A stretch of 64,000 nucleotides of DNA from Minisyncoccota bacterium (GTDB taxonomy: Bacteria > Patescibacteriota > Minisyncoccia > Phycocordibacterales > UBA9973). Location of the stretch: the NCBI GenBank assembly GCA_025453495.1, contig JALOQM010000001.1, positions 90,732 to 154,731 on the forward strand, written 5' to 3'. The notes under the pieces were generated by a model, which saw only the letters and a program-made list of their open reading frames with translations, was not told the origin of the DNA and did not search any database. A program made the position numbers and the translations under genes. Positions 27,855 through 39,033 of this stretch are shown here, piece by piece (position 1 is the first letter of the stretch; every line of letters begins with the position of its first letter).

Positions 27855-30530
27855 ATGAAATCTGCCACTCGACCAACACGGATACTTGCCGGCATGTTGC
27901 TCGGAACGATAGCTTTGCAGTCGGCTTTTCTTGCACCACCCACAAAAAGTGCTGAAGCGCTCGACTTTACTGCCGCATCACAAGGAGTTCTTTCTGCTAG
28001 TGTCAGTTGTGGTGTAAACAATCTATTGCAAAGAAACCTTTCGAGTAAACTAGGTGGCCTTATTGAAGGTGAGGCGCTAAGTGAAGTGAGTGGTGCAGCT
28101 AGTGTACAAGTAGGCGACAGAGAAGTAAGAAGGCAACAAGAAGCTTTAACATTTAAAGAAACATGTCTAAAAAAAATTGCTCGCGCTGCTTCACAGGTTG
28201 TCTTGAGAGAGATAACGAGACAGACGGTCAACTGGATTAATACTGGCTTCAATGGTCAGCCACTTTTTGTAAGAAATCCACAATCATTCTTTAAGAGTCT
28301 TGCTGATAGAGAAGTACAGCGTTTAACGTCGACATTTAGAAATAGAAATAACTATCCGTTTGGACAATCGTTTATCAGAGGCTACGTGCGTGCAACACAA
28401 AGAACATTTGAACAAAATAGCGTTTATAGTCTTCGAAATTCTCTTGGCGGCTATACACCACAGCAATTTTATAGTGATTTCAATCTCGGTGGTTGGGATG
28501 GGTGGCTTGCAATGACACAACAGCCACAGAATAATCCTATTGGCTTCAGTATAGAAGCATCACGAGAACTCAGTCGTCGTCTTGCAGGTACACAACAATC
28601 AGTGGCACAAGACATACGAGATGAGCTACAGCAAGGAATGGGATTTCTCTCACCAAAAGTCTGTGTCGACCCAGTCGGCTATATTCCACCATCTGGGGCA
28701 GTGATCAGTATTACTGAAGTCGAAAATCTCGCATTAAATGATCCTATTAGTCTCATAAATCAAATGGGTATAACACCAGAGCAGGCAGCAGCAGCAATCG
28801 GTGTTAGTGTAGCTGATCTCCAAGATCTCAATGAAGAACAAATTGCAAGTCTTATAGGTGCCGCACAAACAGCTGGCTATGACCAATATGTTGATCAGTG
28901 TCGCCGCTATGAAACTACAACTCCAGGAGGTGTAGTTTCAAGTCAACTGACCAAAGTTCTTAATATACCAACAGACAATCTCTTACTTGCACCAGAAGAT
29001 CTCGACAGCAGTCTACAAGCAGTCTTTGATGCACTACTCAACCAGCTTTTCAAAAAAGGTCTTGCTTCACTTTCTGATCTTTCAAATGGTGACACTGGTG
29101 GAACTGGAGCAAGTAATATCGAAGTATATAGCGGTGGCGGGTATGGTTCAAATGCAAGTGCGACGCAAAATTTCTCGGCAACTACAAATGTGAATGATCA
29201 ATGGTTCAATCAAAACCGGCAGTTTGACATTACTAATATTGCTTCAATCCAAGAAATTATTGATACTCAAAATGAGTATATACAAGCAATCATTGATGAT
29301 CCAGCAATTGAATCCCCACTACCAAACCCAACAATAAATTCAGCGAACTACCCTCTTCCTGCAGTGCTCTATACAAGCGCAAAAGGTCAAAATTACTGGC
29401 TGAATAGAATAATCCCTGAAATCTATCAACTTGACTACTGTATACCTGGACCACACCCAGGCTGGGAAAATGAAGCACAAGCAAACTTCTTTGCTATAAA
29501 ATCTAAAATTACTGATACAAAAAATCTTAACGAAACAGCGCTTGGCAGGATATACGATACATTTACCTTTGGTTTAGGAACATCAGTTATTAATTTTTGG
29601 ACAAATGTAGCTACACCGGGTGACGTAAATGCTGATGATCTTAAACATATAAGATACTATGGCGCGCTTATACAGAATCTCACAGGCATACAGGCAGAAG
29701 CTGACAAATACATTCTCTCATACGAAAAAGTGATAAAAATTCTTGATACGCTCTTTGAGCGGTTCGTTGTACAAATGAATAGACAGTTTGATCCAGTCAA
29801 TCTCCCCTCATCCGCAGGTGAAGCAGCACTCCTTTATGCCAAAATTCCTGGATATACATCAATTCTTCAGAAAAATACCCAAGACATTGTATCGCTTAGG
29901 GGTGTTGTACGTAGACTTGAAGAAATCAAACAAGAAATAACACTCATCAACACAGAACAAGCGACACTTGATTCGCAGACGCTCTCTGGTGCTATAAGTC
30001 AATCACAAGCTGAAATTATACAAAATCAACTTGACAACAGGCTTGATTTTGCAAAGCGCTCATTTGGTAATCAAGCACAAAATTTTGTCACAGATGCTAA
30101 TACCTTAGCAATAAAAGATCAAACACGGCAGTTAATTAGTGACATTGTGTATATACACAACACCTTACTCAAAGGTCCAAGCGGGTGTGAAGCACAAATA
30201 CAGTTTGTACCAGTCGAATCTCGAGTACGTGCATGGCCGTACCAGAATCCTCATTATTATGATTATCCAAAAGGTGGAAGTGGTACTACACTAGTTGATA
30301 TTGGTAGTCTTAAACTAGACCCAATCACTAACAACCTTATCGGTGCTCCACTACGAAGCTATACGACCTATTATCCATTTATGGAATACTCTTATTTCGG
30401 TAATTCAAACTGGAGTGGCTATCGACCAACCTGGAGTCAGATTTATATTACAGATCTCATGAATTTTGACACCGGTGAAGTAGGTAACACTGTCGGTATA
30501 TTTGAAGCACGACTTATGTTTGGAGAATAG
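27855..30530 (+). CDS. Large secreted helical protein in the T4SS-like cluster
   Basis: Signal peptide; TVNWINTGFNGQPLFVRNP and GGWDGWLAMTQQPQNNP motifs; coupled to the upstream stop. Confidence 0.75.
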   Translation: MKSATRPTRILAGMLLGTIALQSAFLAPPTKSAEALDFTAASQGVLSASVSCGVNNLLQRNLSSKLGGLIEGEALSEVSGAASVQVGDREVRRQQEALTFKETCLKKIARAASQVVLREITRQTVNWINTGFNGQPLFVRNPQSFFKSLADREVQRLTSTFRNRNNYPFGQSFIRGYVRATQRTFEQNSVYSLRNSLGGYTPQQFYSDFNLGGWDGWLAMTQQPQNNPIGFSIEASRELSRRLAGTQQSVAQDIRDELQQGMGFLSPKVCVDPVGYIPPSGAVISITEVENLALNDPISLINQMGITPEQAAAAIGVSVADLQDLNEEQIASLIGAAQTAGYDQYVDQCRRYETTTPGGVVSSQLTKVLNIPTDNLLLAPEDLDSSLQAVFDALLNQLFKKGLASLSDLSNGDTGGTGASNIEVYSGGGYGSNASATQNFSATTNVNDQWFNQNRQFDITNIASIQEIIDTQNEYIQAIIDDPAIESPLPNPTINSANYPLPAVLYTSAKGQNYWLNRIIPEIYQLDYCIPGPHPGWENEAQANFFAIKSKITDTKNLNETALGRIYDTFTFGLGTSVINFWTNVATPGDVNADDLKHIRYYGALIQNLTGIQAEADKYILSYEKVIKILDTLFERFVVQMNRQFDPVNLPSSAGEAALLYAKIPGYTSILQKNTQDIVSLRGVVRRLEEIKQEITLINTEQATLDSQTLSGAISQSQAEIIQNQLDNRLDFAKRSFGNQAQNFVTDANTLAIKDQTRQLISDIVYIHNTLLKGPSGCEAQIQFVPVESRVRAWPYQNPHYYDYPKGGSGTTLVDIGSLKLDPITNNLIGAPLRSYTTYYPFMEYSYFGNSNWSGYRPTWSQIYITDLMNFDTGEVGNTVGIFEARLMFGE

Positions 30531-30596
30531 TAGTAGTCATATACGTACTATGGGCATACGCGAAATTGCCATACTCTGATACAATAAAGTGTATTA

Positions 30597-33500
30597 ATGA
30601 ATCGTTTAAAACGAAAAATAAAATCTGGCTTTAAACACTTTGTGCTCACGCTAGTGCTTCTTGGCGTGACTTTTGCATCACTATTCTCTAGTCCGCTACA
30701 AGTACACGCAGCAGACAGTATGCAAGAGGTATTTCCAGCTACCTCTTCCAGTGATTCAGGAGTAGGCGATATTCTACCAATTGGTACTGTACCCTATAGC
30801 GGCAGGGATGGTGATGAATATATCATTAATGAAAATAATCTGAGTTTGACTCTTGAAGGTACACCAACTTCTCAGACAGTCACATTCAAAATGAATCTCC
30901 GCCTTGGTGGTGATTCTATACAGGGTATAAATCCAGGTAGAAATGGCAATAACACTCTTTACGACGAGGAAGAAGACCTTGGTAGTTGGCAATCAATTTA
31001 CGACACCAACAGTGATGGTAGTTGGCCACCTACTAGCGATAGTGGCAGAGGAATATGGCTTGATATTGGCACAAGTGTAGCTCCTGGACAAGCAAGTGTA
31101 GGATTTGGCTCACCTCCAATTGCACCTGTTATAAACGATCTTGTGCAAGAGTATGACCTCGCGACTCTCATTAACTTCAGGTACACATCGCAAGAAATTA
31201 ATATCACTGTAGGCACAGCAGCTGGACTTACCCCAAATACACAATACTACGCTCGCATTCGTGTTGAAGAATCAGATTCAACAGACAATGCCTACAGTAA
31301 GATTGTCGGATTCAAAACAGGTGCTGCTGGTGATACCGGAGAACAAAGCGAGGAAATCACAGCAAGCCTGACGCAATCTGAAATAAACAATGAAGGACAA
31401 CTTATTGATCTTCTTGACTGCGGTATAAGCACTATATTTACTGATTGTTTGGTTATAGGTTTCTATTACCTTTTTTATGTCCCATCATCATGGATTCTCC
31501 GTGCTGCTGGTTGGTTGCTTGACGCATTCGTTACATTTTCAATCAGTACCAAAGTATATAGTGATCCAAGTTTTATAACAGAAGGATGGAAGATCGTCCG
31601 TGATATAGCAAACATATTTTTCATTTTTGTCCTTGTATATATTGCATTTAAGCTAATACTTGGCGTTAGTGGCTCTGATGTGAAACGTATGCTGACCACT
31701 ATTATCATAGTCGGTGTCCTTATAAACTTCAGTCTATTTTTTACCAAAGTCGTTATCGACTCATCAAATATACTGGCACGCATTTTTTATCAACAGATCC
31801 AAATCACTGGTACTGAAGGTAGGGCAATCACAGATGCCTCAAAACTAGGTGTGGAAGAAAAAAGTCTCTCACAAGCTATTGTCAGTGGTGTAAGTGTAAA
31901 CAAAATGCTCTCTGATGAGACTATTACAAAACTACGTACTATGAATTGGCATAGTACTAGTTCAACATTTTTGATTATTATACTTGGCTTAATTGTCAAT
32001 CTCGTTACTGCTTGGACATTATTTATGAGTGCACTGTTTTTTATAGGGAGGATTGTCGCCTTGTGGGTAGCTATGATATTTTCAGCATTCGCCTTTATGT
32101 CAAACATTGCACCTGATTGGTTTAAACAAATTCCTATGATTAATTGGAGTAGTTGGTTCTCTGACCTTTTAAAGGTTTCCTTTTTAGCGCCGATCTTTCT
32201 GTTCTTTATTTATTTGATTATTGCATTTGTGAATAGCAAATTTCTCGATGGGTTACTGCTTAAAGCAAACGATTTTGATTTTACACAACTCCTCGTCTCT
32301 ATTATGCTCCAGTTTGGAATTTTAATTGTCCTTATACAAAAAGCAAAAGATATTGCTGAAAAACTTGCAGGAGACACAGCTGGTGCCGCTGTAAGTGCTA
32401 TAAAAAAAGGAGCTTCCGCTGTTGGTTCAGTAGTTGCTGGAGCAGGACTTGCTGTAGCAACTGCTGGAGCAGGATTTGCACTTCGTGGCACACTTGGCAG
32501 ATATGCCGCAGATCAGATGAATTCTGAAGAATACAAAAAGAAAATGGCCGAACGCATAGAAAAAGGTGGTGTTCGTGGTTGGCTTGCACAACGAGAACTC
32601 AAATCATATGAAAGTTTCAGTAATGCAAGTTTTGATGCTCGTGGATCAAAAAGATTTCAGAGTGCTCTCACTAGGTTTGGTGGTGCAACTGGTATAAATA
32701 TAAACACTGGAACTGGACACGAGGGAGGACATCTAAGTGATAAAGAAAAGAAAGAAAAAGAGCATCTTGCTATGGTAGAGCTCCTGCGATCAAAGAAAAG
32801 CGATGAGGAGTGGATGGAGTCACTCAGCGAGGATGATCCAGAAAAGAAAAAGTACATGGATGCAAAAAAGAAATACGAGACTGAGAAAGCTGTGTTTGAT
32901 GAGTATGAAAACAAATACAGAGAAGCATACGAGGCTGCAAAAAACTTGCCTGGCTTTAATCTTGACAAATTTAGAATTGACTATGAAAAAGCAAATGGAA
33001 AAGCACCAGATGCGCCAAAGGAAGTCAAAGCATCAGACTATGTTGATGTTTCAAAAATAAACAAAGAGCGCGAACTTAAATATGCAAGATACCTTAGAGA
33101 GAATACATTGCGCGCAAAGATAGAGCGTGCAACAGGTGATGGAGATCTGCTTGGCACGGAGCGTAGCGCACAATTGTCAGCAGCCAAAAAGATCGAAAGA
33201 GAAGCAGCAATGACTGAGAAATCATCAGTAAGTATGTCGAAACTTGCTCGCGCCGCAGAACAAGCAGAATACGATATTGGTCGCCTCAATAGAGAAATTG
33301 AAGCACATCAAACTAAATACTCTGGTACGCCTGAAGAAGTAAAACAAAAAATTACTCTTGAGATAAATACGGCAAAGAATGAACTGAAAGATATTGATCT
33401 AAATGCTGAAATGATGAAACAAAAATATGAAAGTGTAAAAAAGAAAGGTGGAAATACTGCGAGACAAGCTTATATTGCATGGCAAGCTGCTGAAGACAAG

Positions 33501-33632
33501 AGAAAAGAGAAACAAGAAGAAATCGCGGCTCTTGGTAGGGTAACAGAAGATCAGAAAAAACGTATAAGCGAACTTGAAAAGAAAGAAGGAGATCTTGAAA
33601 AGCTCCGAGAAAAGATAGACAAACTTAACTAG
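30597..33632 (+). CDS. VirB6/TrbL-like polytopic membrane protein with an extracellular N-terminus and coiled-coil C-terminus
   Basis: GWKIVRDIANIFFI..LINFSLFFTKVVIDSSN TM block; upstream of prgI and virB4. Confidence 0.7.
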   Translation: MNRLKRKIKSGFKHFVLTLVLLGVTFASLFSSPLQVHAADSMQEVFPATSSSDSGVGDILPIGTVPYSGRDGDEYIINENNLSLTLEGTPTSQTVTFKMNLRLGGDSIQGINPGRNGNNTLYDEEEDLGSWQSIYDTNSDGSWPPTSDSGRGIWLDIGTSVAPGQASVGFGSPPIAPVINDLVQEYDLATLINFRYTSQEINITVGTAAGLTPNTQYYARIRVEESDSTDNAYSKIVGFKTGAAGDTGEQSEEITASLTQSEINNEGQLIDLLDCGISTIFTDCLVIGFYYLFYVPSSWILRAAGWLLDAFVTFSISTKVYSDPSFITEGWKIVRDIANIFFIFVLVYIAFKLILGVSGSDVKRMLTTIIIVGVLINFSLFFTKVVIDSSNILARIFYQQIQITGTEGRAITDASKLGVEEKSLSQAIVSGVSVNKMLSDETITKLRTMNWHSTSSTFLIIILGLIVNLVTAWTLFMSALFFIGRIVALWVAMIFSAFAFMSNIAPDWFKQIPMINWSSWFSDLLKVSFLAPIFLFFIYLIIAFVNSKFLDGLLLKANDFDFTQLLVSIMLQFGILIVLIQKAKDIAEKLAGDTAGAAVSAIKKGASAVGSVVAGAGLAVATAGAGFALRGTLGRYAADQMNSEEYKKKMAERIEKGGVRGWLAQRELKSYESFSNASFDARGSKRFQSALTRFGGATGININTGTGHEGGHLSDKEKKEKEHLAMVELLRSKKSDEEWMESLSEDDPEKKKYMDAKKKYETEKAVFDEYENKYREAYEAAKNLPGFNLDKFRIDYEKANGKAPDAPKEVKASDYVDVSKINKERELKYARYLRENTLRAKIERATGDGDLLGTERSAQLSAAKKIEREAAMTEKSSVSMSKLARAAEQAEYDIGRLNREIEAHQTKYSGTPEEVKQKITLEINTAKNELKDIDLNAEMMKQKYESVKKKGGNTARQAYIAWQAAEDKRKEKQEEIAALGRVTEDQKKRISELEKKEGDLEKLREKIDKLN

Positions 33633-33649
33633 CCAGATAAGAAAAAATT

Positions 33650-34339
33650 ATGATAGATTTTACTGAACAACAAATGGAAGAAAAATTCAATGCGGTCCCG
33701 CGCTCGGTGCGCGCGTTGATCTTTGATCCTATAGTTGGAGAAAAAACACAAAGTATCGGCAAGAAGTATGGATTACTGCTTGATGCATCAAGTGACTTGC
33801 TTGCAATTGTGCAATTTGCTCTTTTTGGATTCATTACTCAAGAAGATATCAAAAAAGAAATTATCGAAGCACTCAAAGTAAGTAATACTGTAGCATCTGC
33901 CATTACTGTAGATATAAAAAACGAAATAGTAGCGCCTATTTTTGAAAAAATGCGCAAGCAACAAGAAGAAACTACTACAGAAAAAATAACTGACGAAGAA
34001 ATTGCACTCCTTCTTACTGAACCTGAAGATGACAGTAGTGGTTTTGCGCAAGCTGGTATTGAAATACAATCAGAGAAACCTTTCATTGGCGACGAGGAAA
34101 AGGAAGCCTTTGAGGAGCATAAGGTATTGCTCAAGCAAATAGAACGTACTACCTCGCCAATACAAACGTCAAACGAGATACAGCGAGGTATTACAGGTGA
34201 AAAATTTTCTGGTAATTTCAAAATTCCTCATGAAGAGCGAGATTATTCGATAAATAAGCAGTCTGACGCAGATACAGTTTCACTCAAAGTAATAAGGCAT
34301 CGTGACCGTGTCGATCCATACCGAGAACCTCTTGAATAA
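33650..34339 (+). CDS. Hypothetical protein
   Basis: 229-aa ORF in the operon; C-terminal DPYREPLE. Confidence 0.75.
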   Translation: MIDFTEQQMEEKFNAVPRSVRALIFDPIVGEKTQSIGKKYGLLLDASSDLLAIVQFALFGFITQEDIKKEIIEALKVSNTVASAITVDIKNEIVAPIFEKMRKQQEETTTEKITDEEIALLLTEPEDDSSGFAQAGIEIQSEKPFIGDEEKEAFEEHKVLLKQIERTTSPIQTSNEIQRGITGEKFSGNFKIPHEERDYSINKQSDADTVSLKVIRHRDRVDPYREPLE

Positions 34340-34368
34340 CAAAATGCCCGTAGTTTGCGGGCATTTTG
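34340..34368 (+). terminator. Hairpin / terminator
   Basis: CAAAATGCCCGTA-gtt-TGCGGGCATTTTG. Confidence 0.6.
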
Positions 34369-34404
34369 CTTTGCCGGCAGTGGAAGATACCATATAATGA
34401 ATAT

Positions 34405-34842
34405 ATGCGATTTGAAGTGCCGCAATTCATTGACGTCGAAGACAAGATTTTCGGCCCATTCACTTTTAAGCAATTTTTATATCTTGCCGGAGGAGCGGGT
34501 ATCATCTATGTCCTTTGGAAACTTCTCCCAGCGATCATCGCCATACCACTCATACTTCCTGTCGCTGGACTCGCACTTGCTCTGACATTTTACAAAGTAA
34601 ATGGTCGACCATTCGCACAAACTATTGAGTCTTGGATGAAATACATCACTCAGGACAAACTCTATCTTTGGAAAAAAAGAGAGCGCAGAAAGACGCCAGA
34701 AAAAACACCAATGCCTGAGACAGAACAAGTACCAATTCAAGCACCACGTCTTTCTGGGAGTAAACTCAAAGACATCGCATGGAGTCTTGATGTTCTTGAT
34801 ATGCAAGAGAACGCAAAGCTCGATAAACTCGACACAAGATAA
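34405..34842 (+). CDS. PrgI family protein (VirB3-like)
   Basis: MRFEVPQFIDVEDKIFGPFTFKQF, two TMs, then NGRPF. Confidence 0.88.
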   Translation: MRFEVPQFIDVEDKIFGPFTFKQFLYLAGGAGIIYVLWKLLPAIIAIPLILPVAGLALALTFYKVNGRPFAQTIESWMKYITQDKLYLWKKRERRKTPEKTPMPETEQVPIQAPRLSGSKLKDIAWSLDVLDMQENAKLDKLDTR

Positions 34843-34849
34843 CTAACAT

Positions 34850-35488
34850 ATGGCTATCAACGCAAAAGCATCACAAGAATTTGTACCTGTTAAAGAAGTG
34901 CGCGACGGTATCGTCGTCTTAAAAGATGGCAGCCTTCGTGCTATTTTGCTTGCTTCATCAATCAATTTGTCACTCAAGTCATATGAAGAACAACAGGCAG
35001 TTCTTTTACAATTTCAGAACTTTCTCAATTCAATAGATTTCTCAATGCAGATCGTCGTCCAATCTCGCCGACGTGACATGCGTCCATATCTTACACTACT
35101 TGAAAACAGAATGCGTGAACAAACTGAACCACTCTTGAAAGTGCAGACGCGCGAGTATATTGAATTCATCAAAAGCTTCACGGAGTCAGTGAGTATTATG
35201 ACAAAAAACTTTTTTATCATCGTTCCGTATTCATCAGTATCATTGCCTTCAGCTGAGGGTGTTATAAAAAAACTATTTGGTGGCACAAATAAAAAAACAG
35301 TAGCTCAAGAAGAATTAGCAAGCTTTGAAGAAAAACGTACACAACTTGAGCAAAGAGTTGGCACTATCACACAGGGACTTTCCCGTATGGGTGTCAGAAC
35401 AGCACAGCTTGGTACTGAGGAGGTTATAGAACTTTTCTATAAGATATTTAATCCGGGAGAAATAACTGCAAGTATTAAATCACAATAA
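34850..35488 (+). CDS. TraC/VirB4 N-terminal-like protein
   Basis: EVRDGIVVLKDG...SINLSLKS.EEQ...FLNSIDF.MQIVVQSR; lies between prgI and virB4. Confidence 0.75.
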   Translation: MAINAKASQEFVPVKEVRDGIVVLKDGSLRAILLASSINLSLKSYEEQQAVLLQFQNFLNSIDFSMQIVVQSRRRDMRPYLTLLENRMREQTEPLLKVQTREYIEFIKSFTESVSIMTKNFFIIVPYSSVSLPSAEGVIKKLFGGTNKKTVAQEELASFEEKRTQLEQRVGTITQGLSRMGVRTAQLGTEEVIELFYKIFNPGEITASIKSQ

Positions 35489-35489
35489 T

Positions 35490-37538
35490 ATGGGCTTTTT
35501 TGATACATTGTTTGGGAATAAGTCAAAAGTAAAAGAAGCGGAAAAAACGCCAGTGCTTTCTGTCTTACCTGAACAAATCTATGAATCAGCAACCCTCGAA
35601 TTCCAAGACATCATCGCACCATCTGCTCTTAAAATAGAGTCGAAATCTCTAAATCTTGGCGAGAAAATAACACGCACGTTTTTTGTTATTTCCTATCCAA
35701 GATTCCTGACCGATAATTGGTTCTCACCGATAATAAACCTCGACAAGATTTTTGATGTATCAATCTTTATTCATCCTATAGATTCACAGAAATTGCTTCG
35801 CGATTTCCAGAAAAAAGTCGCAGAAGTTCAAAGTCAGATCAACACCAGAGAAGCAAAAGGACTTGTCAGAGATCCAATGCTTGATACTGCTTACCGTGAT
35901 CTTGAGGCGCTTAGAGACAATCTCCAACAGGCGCAAGAACGGGTCTTTGAGGTTGGACTGTATATCACAGTATATGCTGACAATGAAAATGAGCTTTTCA
36001 AAGTTGAAAATGAGATAAAAACTATCCTTGAATCACGCCTTATTTATCTAAAACCAGCACTCTTTCAGCAAGAAGAAGGATTTAAGAGTGTTTTACCGAT
36101 CGGTAATGATCTTCTCTCAGTACACCAAAAACTCAATACTGAGCCGCTTTCGTCTATTTTTCCATTTGTGTCCTTCGACCTCACAAGTGACAATGGGATC
36201 CTTTATGGCGTAAATCGACACAATGCGTCACTTGTTATCTTTGATCGTTTCTCCCTTGAAAACTATAATTCAATTATCTTTGCAAAGTCCGGAGCTGGAA
36301 AGTCGTATGCGACGAAGCTTGAGATTATCCGTACACTTATGTTTGATACTGACGTGATCGTTATCGACCCAGAACGTGAGTATGAGTATCTTGCTGAAGC
36401 AGTCGGTGGACGCTATTTCAATATAGCGCTTTCTTCTGATCACCACATCAACCCATTTGATCTACCAATTCCACGTGAAGATGAAACGACAGCTGACGTG
36501 CTTCGCTCAAACACAATCAATCTTGTCGGCTTGTTTCGTATCATGCTCGGCGGACTAACACCAGAAGAGGACGCGCTCATAGACAGAGCGATTACAGAAA
36601 CATATGCAATAAAAGATATTACTGCTGATTCAGATCTCAGTGACATAGAACCACCACTGTTGTCTGATTTTGAGCTTGTTCTTGCTGGTATGGAAGGAAG
36701 CGAAAAAGTACTCCAACGTCTGACAAAATATACTAAAGGATCTTGGTCAACCTTTATAAACCGCCCATCAAACGTCGACATCAACAAGAAATTTGTCGTC
36801 TTCTCTGTGCGCGACATGGAAGATGAGTTGAAGCCTGTCGCTATGTATATTGTCACGCACTTCATCTGGAACGAAGTGCGTAAATCAATAAAAAAGCGCC
36901 TACTTGTCGTCGACGAAGCATGGTGGATGATGAAATCAGAAGACACCGCTTCATTTCTCTACTCAATCGCAAAAAGAGGGCGTAAATACTATCTTGGCCT
37001 CTGTACTATCACCCAAGACGTTGGAGACTTCATGAGAAGTCCCTATGGTGTGCCTATTGTAACAAACTCTTCATTGCAGCTTCTCCTTAAACAATCACCG
37101 TCATCGATTGATCTTCTACAGAAGACATTTAATCTCACCGATGAAGAAAAATATCTTCTTCTTGAATCTGCCGTTGGTGAGGGCATCTTCTTTGCAGGAC
37201 TCAAGCATGTTGCCATAAAGATCATTGCCTCATACACCGAAGATCAAATTATTACCTCAGATCCATCACAAGTACTTGCTATAAAACGCGCTAAGGAAGA
37301 ATTTGAAGCATCTGAAACGCAAAGAGAACAAGCTATTGTTTCAGAGACAGAAATAGTAAGAGCGCAACCATTTGAAACAACAATAGCACCTAAAACAATA
37401 CCTGAGACAGAAGAAACAATAGACGCAGCTGAAATGACACCTGTCCGACAAAAAACAAAGGAAGAGTCACAACTTGATGAGCTTGCCATCCTTGATGAAG
37501 ACCTCAAAGAAATCGAAGAGGATATTGTCGGAAAATAA
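35490..37538 (+). CDS. virB4: VirB4-like type IV secretion ATPase
   Basis: Walker A AKSGAGKS, VIDPEREY, Walker B LLVVDEAW and KRGRKY..TITQ. Confidence 0.9.
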   Translation: MGFFDTLFGNKSKVKEAEKTPVLSVLPEQIYESATLEFQDIIAPSALKIESKSLNLGEKITRTFFVISYPRFLTDNWFSPIINLDKIFDVSIFIHPIDSQKLLRDFQKKVAEVQSQINTREAKGLVRDPMLDTAYRDLEALRDNLQQAQERVFEVGLYITVYADNENELFKVENEIKTILESRLIYLKPALFQQEEGFKSVLPIGNDLLSVHQKLNTEPLSSIFPFVSFDLTSDNGILYGVNRHNASLVIFDRFSLENYNSIIFAKSGAGKSYATKLEIIRTLMFDTDVIVIDPEREYEYLAEAVGGRYFNIALSSDHHINPFDLPIPREDETTADVLRSNTINLVGLFRIMLGGLTPEEDALIDRAITETYAIKDITADSDLSDIEPPLLSDFELVLAGMEGSEKVLQRLTKYTKGSWSTFINRPSNVDINKKFVVFSVRDMEDELKPVAMYIVTHFIWNEVRKSIKKRLLVVDEAWWMMKSEDTASFLYSIAKRGRKYYLGLCTITQDVGDFMRSPYGVPIVTNSSLQLLLKQSPSSIDLLQKTFNLTDEEKYLLLESAVGEGIFFAGLKHVAIKIIASYTEDQIITSDPSQVLAIKRAKEEFEASETQREQAIVSETEIVRAQPFETTIAPKTIPETEETIDAAEMTPVRQKTKEESQLDELAILDEDLKEIEEDIVGK

Positions 37539-37570
37539 GAAAAGCAATGTTTTAATGGTATACTCTCTGT

Positions 37571-37996
37571 ATGGATGAGATATCAGCTAATACTACAAGC
37601 GATCAAATACAACCAAGTGCAACAGCACAAGACGATACTATAACACAAATGACAACCGTGAGCGCTATTGAAGAGGAGGTGGCGAAAGAACTCGGCACTG
37701 GTGATACAGTTGCTCCTGCAGATAGCTTACAAGACAAAGCAAAAAAACTTGCTACTGCTCGCCTTGCCCTTGAAGAGAAAATTATAGCTCTTGAGCGAGA
37801 TGTCAAAGCAAAGCTTGCGGCGCTAAAAGAGCTCAAAGCGGCACTAGAAGAAGAGATAGGGAAGATCAAAGAACTCAAAGAAACTGAAGGAAAAATCGAT
37901 ATACAGTTACAGAAAATCGATGATCTTGAGAAAAAGCGAGAAGAAATCGAGAATGAAATAAAAAACATCGAAGCCACTACAGCAGGTGTCTCATAA
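37571..37996 (+). CDS. Coiled-coil hypothetical protein
   Basis: E/K/L heptad-rich C-terminal ~90 aa. Confidence 0.7.
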   Translation: MDEISANTTSDQIQPSATAQDDTITQMTTVSAIEEEVAKELGTGDTVAPADSLQDKAKKLATARLALEEKIIALERDVKAKLAALKELKAALEEEIGKIKELKETEGKIDIQLQKIDDLEKKREEIENEIKNIEATTAGVS

Positions 37997-38022
37997 CTGC
38001 ATATAAGTGATATAATCAAAAC

Positions 38023-39033
38023 ATGCATCGTATCGGCAAAATCATACTCCTTGGCACACTCTTGATGGGCGTACTTTTGTTTTCCCCAGTTACTATAGAT
38101 GCACAATTTACTGGAAATACTGACATCACAGTAAATGTTAGTCCTACTATTCCAGGTCCAAATGAAGAAGTAGTGGTGACTCTCACTAGTCTTTCAGTAA
38201 ATCTTGATACAATTACTATTAGGTGGGAAATAAATGGAAAAACAGAACTTAGTGGTGTTGGAGAGAAAACGTTGACATTCAAAACTGGTGGAGTCGGATC
38301 AACAACGACAATTGAAGCTTCAATTGATGTTCCAGGTGTGCCGACCATAACCAAGCGTATAGTTATCCAACCACTAGCAATCGACCTGCTTTGGGAAGCA
38401 ACTGACTCGTATACACCTCCGTTTTACAAAGGAAAAGCACTGCTTCCGTCTGAAGGAGTAGTAAAGGTAGTTGCCATACCTGAGATTAAAACAACTAGCG
38501 GAAAGATGCTAAAACCATCTGATTTTACTTATACATGGAATCGCAATCAAAGGGAACAAGCCATTAACTCAGGAAATGGAAGAAATTATTTTTCTTTCCA
38601 GCAGAATTACCTGACAAATGAAGAAGTTATAACAGTAACAGCAAAATCAGTTTCTGGTAACTATCAAGCAACAAAGAAAGTAACAATTACACCTCGTGCC
38701 TCAAAAGTGTTATTCTATGAATTTGATCCAGCGCTTGGAGTCAGATATGAACGCATGCTTCAAGATATTACTGGTGTACAGGTAAATAAAGAAGGACTAA
38801 TTATTACCGCTGAGCCGTATTATTTTTCAGCAAATACTGCTGATACAGCACAGCTTTCATTTGAATGGAATGTGAACAATGAGGAAATTACGTCGCCAAC
38901 AAAAAAACATATGTTACCAGTACAAGTAACCACAAACGGCGTAGCAGAAATTCGAGTTAAGACAGAAGCTAGGATGAAATTATTCCAGGAGGCAACACGG
39001 TCGCTGTTCGTTAATCTTGAAGCAAATGAGTAA
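38023..39033 (+). CDS. Secreted Ig-like-domain protein
   Basis: Signal peptide; repeated beta-rich W-x-x-NG modules; DLLWEATDSYTPPFYKGKALLP. Confidence 0.75.
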   Translation: MHRIGKIILLGTLLMGVLLFSPVTIDAQFTGNTDITVNVSPTIPGPNEEVVVTLTSLSVNLDTITIRWEINGKTELSGVGEKTLTFKTGGVGSTTTIEASIDVPGVPTITKRIVIQPLAIDLLWEATDSYTPPFYKGKALLPSEGVVKVVAIPEIKTTSGKMLKPSDFTYTWNRNQREQAINSGNGRNYFSFQQNYLTNEEVITVTAKSVSGNYQATKKVTITPRASKVLFYEFDPALGVRYERMLQDITGVQVNKEGLIITAEPYYFSANTADTAQLSFEWNVNNEEITSPTKKHMLPVQVTTNGVAEIRVKTEARMKLFQEATRSLFVNLEANE